Shown here piece by piece: positions 53,331-59,446 of a stretch of DNA of 64,000 bases. The position numbers and the translations under genes were made by a program. The notes under the pieces were generated by a model. That model was given only the letters and a program-made list of their open reading frames with translations. It ran no database searches and was not told where the DNA came from. The first letter of the stretch is position 1. Every line of letters begins with the position of its first letter. Source of the DNA: Nitrospirota bacterium (lineage in GTDB: Bacteria; Nitrospirota; UBA9217); assembly GCA_963790205.1 (NCBI GenBank), contig CAWBNQ010000001.1:160001-224000 (forward strand), read 5' to 3'.

Positions 53331-54179
53331 CTATATGAGATATGTCTTTCCCTTCTTCCTGATAAATCCTTCCTGTTGCAGATCCGCGAGGTTCTTCTTC
53401 ACCCGCTCCGTATCCATGCCCGACCTCTTCACGATCTGCGCGGGTGTAAGCGGCGCCCCGGCAACGAGTATTTTGAGTACCCTCCCGCGCACCTGACGGT
53501 TGGAATTCTCGAACGGGCTTTGGCGCGCATAGTGGACGCTCCGTTGGTTGGGATTGATCTGCTCTTGCTTGAGCATGGTCCCGTAGTCCATGAGGGCATT
53601 ATACCATTTCCGCGGCTTCCCGGTGTCCAGCGTCTGCAGGACGAGCGGGACCAGTTCCTCGTCATGAATGCCGTCCCGGTCAGGAAAGAATTCATGGATA
53701 TAAACGCGCCTGATATTGGTATCCATAAAAACCACGGGCTTGTTAAAGGCAAAAGCCGCGATTGCGCCGGCAGTGTATTTGCCGATGCCCGGAAGGGCAA
53801 GAAGCTTTTCAGGTTCAGACGGCAGCTTGCCGCGATGATCATCAACGACCTTTTGCGCGAGCGCCCGGAGCGCGAGGGCCCGGCGGTTATAGCCCATGCC
53901 CTGCCAGATGAGAAGGAGTTTCGTGAGCGGCGCCCGCGCGAGCGAGGGAAAGTCGGGAAACGCGGCAAGGAACTCCCAATACTTTTCGAGCACGCGCCCA
54001 ACCTGCGTCTGCTGAAGCATCACTTCCGAGACCAGCACCCGGTAGGGATTGAGGTTCTTTCGCCAGGGCAGGTCCCGGCCTTCTTTGTCGTAGTAAGCGT
54101 AAACCTTTTTTCGAAATGCGCGGATTTGAGCCGGGGTCAGTTTCTTTTTGATGCTGATCCTCGTAGTCTTCTTATCCAT
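53331..54179 (-). CDS. mutY: A/G-specific adenine glycosylase (HhH-GPD), no Fe-S motif
   Basis: DLPWR, VSEVMLQQTQV, GMGYNRRA, LPGIGKYTA, DTNIRR. Confidence 0.88.
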   Translation of the reverse strand: MDKKTTRISIKKKLTPAQIRAFRKKVYAYYDKEGRDLPWRKNLNPYRVLVSEVMLQQTQVGRVLEKYWEFLAAFPDFPSLARAPLTKLLLIWQGMGYNRRALALRALAQKVVDDHRGKLPSEPEKLLALPGIGKYTAGAIAAFAFNKPVVFMDTNIRRVYIHEFFPDRDGIHDEELVPLVLQTLDTGKPRKWYNALMDYGTMLKQEQINPNQRSVHYARQSPFENSNRQVRGRVLKILVAGAPLTPAQIVKRSGMDTERVKKNLADLQQEGFIRKKGKTYLI

Positions 54180-54540
54180 AAAATGATGCCGGCAAAAGTC
54201 AACTTTCTGCAAAATGAGAAATAAGATTTACCGCGAAGTCGCGAAGTACGCGAAGAAAAGCTTTATAGAAACAGAACGTCTTTGCAAGCCGAAGGCGAAG
54301 CAATCTCGTTTTAAACATCAAACATGCTTAATCATTATTTTCCTGATGTGAAAGAAGATGATCTCGTAATAGGCCATAATCCACCGCAGAGACGTACCCT
54401 GCACTCGCGCTGAGCACTCGTCAACGCTGGGCACAGGCAGAGGCGCAGAGAAAATCCTTATCATGAAAATGTCTTTCTCCGTGTCTCCGCGCCTCTGCGG
54501 TTAAAAAATGACTTTTAAAAAGTCCATCAGAAAGGGACGC

Positions 54541-55194
54541 TTATTTTTTTCTCAAGAGCACATACAGAGCGCCCAGGCCGCCGTCGCACTGGCGCGCGGT
54601 CACGTAGGCGATGATGTCTTTGCGGAAATGGCCGGACAATCTTCTAACGACCGCGTGCTTCAGCCGGGCGCCCTTGACCGAGCGAAGGCCGCGGCCGTGG
54701 ATGATCTTGACGCAGCTAAAGCCTTTTTTCAGGGAACCAGTTATGAACTCGTCGAGTTCTTCCTCTGCTTCGGAAACAGTGCACCCGTGAAGATCGAGAC
54801 CTGCCTGGACCGAAAACCGCCCCTCGTGCAGGCTCCGGATGATGTCGTCGCGAAACTCGGGATGGATCCACTCGACATACTCCTGCGTGTCCGGCAGATG
54901 GATCGGCTGCAGCCCTTCCGTGATATTTTTCAGTTCCGCAAGCGCTTCCCGATCAGGGTCGCGGGGCGCTGCTGCCGTTTTGCTCGTCCGCGGACGGGGA
55001 GCGCAGGCAAGGGAACGGAATTCCTCGATCACCAGCACGTCGCCCATCTCGCGGCTGAAAAGCTCTTCGTCGGTGTAGTCCTCTTTCTTCTTCTGGCGCG
55101 GAGGCAAGGGCGCAGCAGCAGCCTCGCGCTGCTCCAGTGTCTTGCGGAGCTTGTCAAAAGGACGGACCGAGAATGTCGCCTTCTTATTGCTCAT
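54541..55194 (-). CDS. Smr domain endonuclease
   Basis: LDLHG, IIHGRG, DGGLGALYVLL. Confidence 0.9.
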   Translation of the reverse strand: MSNKKATFSVRPFDKLRKTLEQREAAAAPLPPRQKKKEDYTDEELFSREMGDVLVIEEFRSLACAPRPRTSKTAAAPRDPDREALAELKNITEGLQPIHLPDTQEYVEWIHPEFRDDIIRSLHEGRFSVQAGLDLHGCTVSEAEEELDEFITGSLKKGFSCVKIIHGRGLRSVKGARLKHAVVRRLSGHFRKDIIAYVTARQCDGGLGALYVLLRKK

Positions 55195-55207
55195 GCGGAA
55201 TTATACC

Positions 55208-55390
55208 CCACTCATCGCCAGGAGGCTACAGGGTTTTGAGTGGAGCCCCCTCTGGCAGGAGCCGGAGGCTCCCTCGAATAACGCGACCTCCCGGAACTGC
55301 GCACTCGCGCCTGCGCGGCACATTCGAGCCACGCGCGAGTAAGCGCTTTCCACCCCGGCAGGAGCCGGGGGATGCCAAGGCGCGGGATAA
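55208..55390. ncRNA. Candidate structured sRNA with three AGGA (or UCCU) tetraloop hairpins
   Basis: Hairpins at 55217-55226, 55250-55267, 55353-55370 plus a long GC stem at 55299-55346. Confidence 0.45.
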
Positions 55391-55915
55391 CTGACTGTTA
55401 AGTGACGGGAATCCCGGGCAAGGTATGGGAACTTGCGATATTGAAAATCTGTGCTATACTTCCAAGCAGGTATACATGATCTATTGAAATGACCGGTTTG
55501 CCTTGAGTTTTGAGGGGTAGAGGTACCGTAGTAGACAGAGCGCTTCCATGCATCATGCGGTGTGCAAGCCCTCACCAGCCACAGAGAGGGAAGCCTAAAG
55601 CATCTGCTGAGGCAAATACTTTGGAATCAGCCTCGCAAACGCTCAAAACTCAAGGCAGAACTTTTTCCTTCCTTTGTCAGCCTCTCCTTATGATGTGACC
55701 ATCAAATCGATCTTTTCTCTTCACGCAATTTCAACAACAACGTCCCTCTCTCAGAACACTTTTTGCAACGACGTTCCGCCTGCAAACTCCCGGGTAATTT
55801 TCACATTTATTATTCGATGATATTTTCCCTGTACAACTCGGTAAATTCACCCAATCGTGCCCCTTTTTTCAAAACAAGACGCAATAAGTCCTTGAAAAGG
55901 CTCCTTTCCTTTTTT

Positions 55916-55931
55916 TGGCACATTCAATGCA
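55916..55931 (+). promoter_or_regulatory. sigma54 (-24/-12) promoter
   Basis: TGGCACATTCAATGCA: GG-N10-GC spacing, ~35 bp before ORF 55965. Confidence 0.7.
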
Positions 55932-55964
55932 TTATATACAAGCAGAGAAAGGCGGTGATGCTCT

Positions 55965-56168
55965 ATGGATGCTAAAAAGAGTGCCGCTGTCGGGACCAAT
56001 GAGCAGAAGGAGGAGCTGAGAAACATATTGAGTGAAAGTCCTCTCTACCTTGATATGTCGTTTCTTGAGAGAGAGAACTTCGTGCGGTATCTTGCCGCTA
56101 TCTTTTTACATCAGAAACCGGGGGAAGATGCCGTCCTGCACATGGTACGAGAGAGGAGGCGCGTATGA
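55965..56168 (+). CDS. Small hypothetical protein
   Basis: Downstream of the sigma54 site; ATGA overlap with the next ORF. Confidence 0.6.
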   Translation: MDAKKSAAVGTNEQKEELRNILSESPLYLDMSFLERENFVRYLAAIFLHQKPGEDAVLHMVRERRRV

Positions 56169-56350
56169 CACGGTACAGGATCATATGTCCCGATTGCGGG
56201 GCGATCGTTATTACGGAAACCCGTCTCTCTGCTTTATTGGAAAACTGTCCGAAGTGCAAGCACCATATATGGGACATGTATGACGCGCTCCTGGCGGACC
56301 TTTACTCGCCGGAATCAGATGAGGTGGTCGGCCTGAATATGAGGGCCTAG
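56165..56350 (+). CDS. Small zinc-ribbon protein
   Basis: CPDCG...CPKC; AGGAGG SD. Confidence 0.7.
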   Translation: MTRYRIICPDCGAIVITETRLSALLENCPKCKHHIWDMYDALLADLYSPESDEVVGLNMRA

Positions 56351-56467
56351 AAATAAAAGGCGCGCAAGAAGGATGGGTTAAGAAGTGAGAAGTTAAATTT
56401 CATAATTCTTAACTCGTAATTCTTACTTGAGGTAACTCATCCTTCAAACTTCCCCTTCAGCCTTCTG

Positions 56468-56995
56468 CTATGCACCGGTAAGATTTTCCCGTTCATAGGC
56501 CATTACCCGCGCACGCTCCTCCGCCACCGACAGCGATTCAAGGAACTTCTGCATCGCAACCGCGTCAGGAAAAGAGGCCGGGATCAGGGCGTCCGGGACG
56601 CAGACCTTCAGGACCGTCCTCACGAGATCCATCACGCTGAATTCGAGGAGTTCGCGAATTTGATCGGGTTTAGCCCGTTCGAGCCGGAGAGGACGTTCAT
56701 GATACCATCCCTCGCCGTGGGGGGTGATGGGGGCCGAGTCGCCATTCTGCGCTTTTGTCACGCTCATGCCCTGTTTGGCCGCAAACCGGGACACATGCGT
56801 GCGGAGCAGCTGGATCCCCCTGACTGACGGATTGGAGCAGATGCCGCCCTTTCTCCAGGAGAGCCGGCAGAACCGGGAGAGATTGATCCCGCAGCAGAAC
56901 AGGAACCGGTCCCGGCCCGGTCCCGGTTCCTCACGGATCACGACATACAGGAAAGCGTTCTTATATTCGAACGAACGGATCGGCGCGGACTTCAT
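56468..56995 (-). CDS. Hypothetical protein
   Basis: AAAGGA SD; Cys-containing ORF with no recognised family. Confidence 0.55.
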   Translation of the reverse strand: MKSAPIRSFEYKNAFLYVVIREEPGPGRDRFLFCCGINLSRFCRLSWRKGGICSNPSVRGIQLLRTHVSRFAAKQGMSVTKAQNGDSAPITPHGEGWYHERPLRLERAKPDQIRELLEFSVMDLVRTVLKVCVPDALIPASFPDAVAMQKFLESLSVAEERARVMAYERENLTGA

Positions 56996-57078
56996 GATCA
57001 GATTCCTTTCTTTATTAATTGTCACGGTGCGTACCGCAGTATAATAATAAATTCCGGGACGATTCGCAATCTATTTGA

Positions 57079-57387
57079 GACCCTTGATTCCCATCTCCCG
57101 ATTCCAAGCGAGATGGTACGACAATGAGTCTACGCATTCCCCTTGATTCCCGTCTCCGCGGTCATTGATTCCCCTCGCCTGTTTCTCAGTGCGAGGGTAC
57201 TACAAAGCGTCTAAGCCTCTCCTTGATTCCCCTCGCATGTTCCTCAGTGCGAGGGTACTACAAGGAGTCTACGCCTTACCCAGCGAGATGGTACGACAAT
57301 GGGTCTAGGCATCAGATTGAGCAGATTGAGGGTCATGAGCAGATTGAGATTGAGGGTCCTGAGATTGAGGGTCGGGTCTTTACTGTT
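57079..57387. repeat. Array of ~57-bp hairpin units plus stuttered AGATTGAGGGTC repeats ending in GGGTCGGGTCTTTACTGTT
   Basis: TTGATTCCC x4; GCGAG(AT)GG(G)TAC.ACAA...GTCTA.GC x4; GATTGAGGGTC x3. Confidence 0.85.
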
Positions 57388-57985
57388 ACTTCCCGAGCTT
57401 GTACCCCCTATAGCCGCTGACATCCCTGTGGCGCGTCGGATCTTCCTTGTTTTCCTTCTCAAAATCAGCCTTAGCTTCCCTGAGGTCTTTCTCTGACAAG
57501 TCCTTGCCCGGTTTCTGGGTGTCATAGACATAATACGTGGCTTCCCTGATCTCCCTCTTTGCTTCTTCAAGGGTCATGGGAGCATAATGCGTCGTCACAT
57601 TATGGTAGCCTGGGTGTATCGCTTGATCCAGGAAGTATATCCTGCCGGCCTCAAACCTCATGCGCGCCGTATCTTTATTGCCGGCATCGGCGACCAGGTA
57701 ATGCGTACCCGGAACGACAGCGGTCATAAAGTAGCTTTTCCCCTGCGTCTGACCGATCAGCTTCCCGTCGAGATAATTGCTGACTACGGCGCCCCATCCG
57801 AATGACGTTGTCCGTATGATAACCAGCACGGCTTTGTCCGGCTTCGCAGCGAGCGCCGGCTTGGCGCCTTTCGCGATCATGTTCGTCCCGGCAACGCAGG
57901 CGCTCAGAAGAAAGAGCATGGTTACCAATGCAGACCCGAAGGGCCGTTTCGACGGAAACTTCTTCGATGCGGATAGCATGTTCAT
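57386..57985 (-). CDS. DUF2846-like lipoprotein
   Basis: Lipobox LSAC; YLDGKLIG, VVPGTHYL, EAGRIYF; GGGAGG SD. Confidence 0.75.
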   Translation of the reverse strand: MNMLSASKKFPSKRPFGSALVTMLFLLSACVAGTNMIAKGAKPALAAKPDKAVLVIIRTTSFGWGAVVSNYLDGKLIGQTQGKSYFMTAVVPGTHYLVADAGNKDTARMRFEAGRIYFLDQAIHPGYHNVTTHYAPMTLEEAKREIREATYYVYDTQKPGKDLSEKDLREAKADFEKENKEDPTRHRDVSGYRGYKLGK

Positions 57986-58012
57986 GATATTTCCTCCCTT
58001 TCAGACCTGATC

Positions 58013-58138
58013 CTAAGATGTTCCTTTGGATCCGCTTTTTGGTTGTTTATTCTGCTGATCTCTTAGATCTTGCGCGTGTTTGATCTCCTTCTGTTTATGG
58101 TCCTTGTCCTTGTTCTTTTTGCCGCCTTTGTCTCCCAT
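58013..58138 (-). CDS. 41-aa Lys-rich small protein MGDKGGKKNKDK...
   Basis: AAAGGAGG SD a few nt before the ATG; bounded by direct junction repeats. Confidence 0.65.
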   Translation of the reverse strand: MGDKGGKKNKDKDHKQKEIKHAQDLRDQQNKQPKSGSKGTS

Positions 58139-58278
58139 GAAGAGCCTCCTTTGGTGTTGATTGTCATATTTTTGCCTCGAGAACCTCTGTCCTTCATAGT
58201 AAATGCTAGCAGAAGTACGAGCCGAAGGCAAGGGCGAGATAGGCGAGAAGTAAGCTTATCAAGGCAAAAGGGACAAAG

Positions 58279-58473
58279 TCAAACATTAAATGACCCTAAG
58301 ATGTTCGGGCAGTAGGCGTGGCAGATCCAGTTGTAGCGTTTGTTGACATGCTGGAGAGTGTTTAAAAAGTTGATCCGGTCCTGGTCGCTCTTGAACACAG
58401 CCTTCTTTTCATTGCCGCGGGAAGTGATATGATAAACAGCACCGGCGTACTCTATGCGGAGAGGACGGGCCAT
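58279..58473 (-). pseudogene. Truncated Y1 (IS200-like / RAYT-type) HUH transposase
   Basis: MARPLRIEYAGAVYHITSRGN...HAYC; similarity stops just before the expected LM.NH.H motif; promoter TTGACA-N17-TATTTT upstream. Confidence 0.85.
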
Positions 58474-58519
58474 AATGGCTGGAAAATAGCAGGGGAAAAG
58501 GCCAATGTCAACAGTAAAG

Positions 58520-58648
58520 GGGCTGTTGCCCAAACTATTTTTTGTCACCCTGAGCAAAGTGAAGGGTCTGCAATCATATTGTAAATGCGAGATTCTTCGC
58601 TGCGCTCAGAATGACATTTTGGGCGCAAAGTGATTTGGGCAACAGCCC
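58520..58648. mobile_element. 129-bp MITE with IS1182-type ends and 6-bp TSD
   Basis: TIR GGGCTGTTGCCCAA/TTGGGCAACAGCCC identical to the IS at 59447-61045; GTAAAG duplicated at 58514-58519 and 58649-58654. Confidence 0.88.
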
Positions 58649-58652
58649 GTAA

Positions 58653-58959
58653 AGACCTGACCCTGATATGGTTGCTCCCTCGTAAAACCGATCTTCGCGA
58701 AACGCCTGTGGTAATAAGCTCCGTCTCCGCTATAGTCCGGATGCCGGAAAGGATGATGAAACCCTCTTGCCTTCCAGTATCGCACGCCGTCCTCAAGGTA
58801 CGAGATGATTTCCGAGAAGCAGCGTTGCGTATCTATTTTTTGATCGTAGTTTGCATCGAGCCCAAAGAACAAGAATTTGGCAGACGCAGGATCTGCACCT
58901 TGATAGGGTTTATGCGAGAAAAGCTCGTGGAGCTCGATATTTTGATGCCGGGAATACAT
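58653..58959 (-). pseudogene. 3'-truncated hypothetical gene ending at a GGGTCAGGTCT motif
   Basis: MYSRHQNIELHELFSHKPYQGADP...GLDANY; reading runs into the junction motif and MITE (QGQVFTGCCPN). Confidence 0.6.
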
Positions 58960-59093
58960 GCTGTATTTCTTTGAGGCCAATGTCAATATTAAGAACTTTG
59001 CCTTAAGAGGCCTTCTTATATTTCAAGACCTGACCCTAGTGACCTCTATCAGTTCTCACAGCCCAACTTGGCATTTTAATCTCCGCTCTTGAA

Positions 59094-59320
59094 TTAACTA
59101 TTTAATTCCCGTATTCCGGAAGGCGACAACACGGCTAGCTTCATTTTGCCATTGGCACGTAATCTATTGGCTGCCCATCTGACATCATATTGCCACGTAT
59201 AAAACAGATCGCCTGAGCTTCGCAATTCAGTCTCATGGGTTTCTCAAATCCCTTTACATATATCCGCGATTCTTCCTTTGCCTGATACAGCCAATCCTGT
59301 AAGCCAAGACGAGAAGCCAT
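59094..59320 (-). pseudogene. Degenerate small wHTH-like gene (Mrr-N-like)
   Basis: AGGAGG SD + MASRLGLQDWLYQA, then a frameshift and ICKGI*ETHETELRSSGDLFYTWQYDVRWAANRLR with internal TGA. Confidence 0.55.
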
Positions 59321-59446
59321 TTAAACCTCCTTTCTAAACACTACATATAAATAGCTAATAGAGGCAAGAATCAATGAAGTCAGGAGCATTACCCGCGCCT
59401 ATTGATGATCCTGTTTATCTAATAACCATGGGTGTCAAATCTTCAC

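Noticed and set aside
55208..55660. RNase P, 6S or SRP RNA
   Set aside because: No GAGGAAAGUCC or CAGAACCCGGCUUA motifs, no SRP GGAAG loop context, and no single long rod with a central bubble
57082..57312. CRISPR array
   Set aside because: Repeats are degenerate, the intervening parts are related hairpins rather than unique spacers, and there are no cas genes in the window
59244..59246. TGA read as selenocysteine or Trp
   Set aside because: The same gene also has a frameshift, and TGA serves as a normal stop throughout the window
57079..59446. Classical integron / attC array
   Set aside because: No intI tyrosine recombinase and no RYYYAAC...GTTRRRY attC sites recognised; the junctions are GGGTC-type
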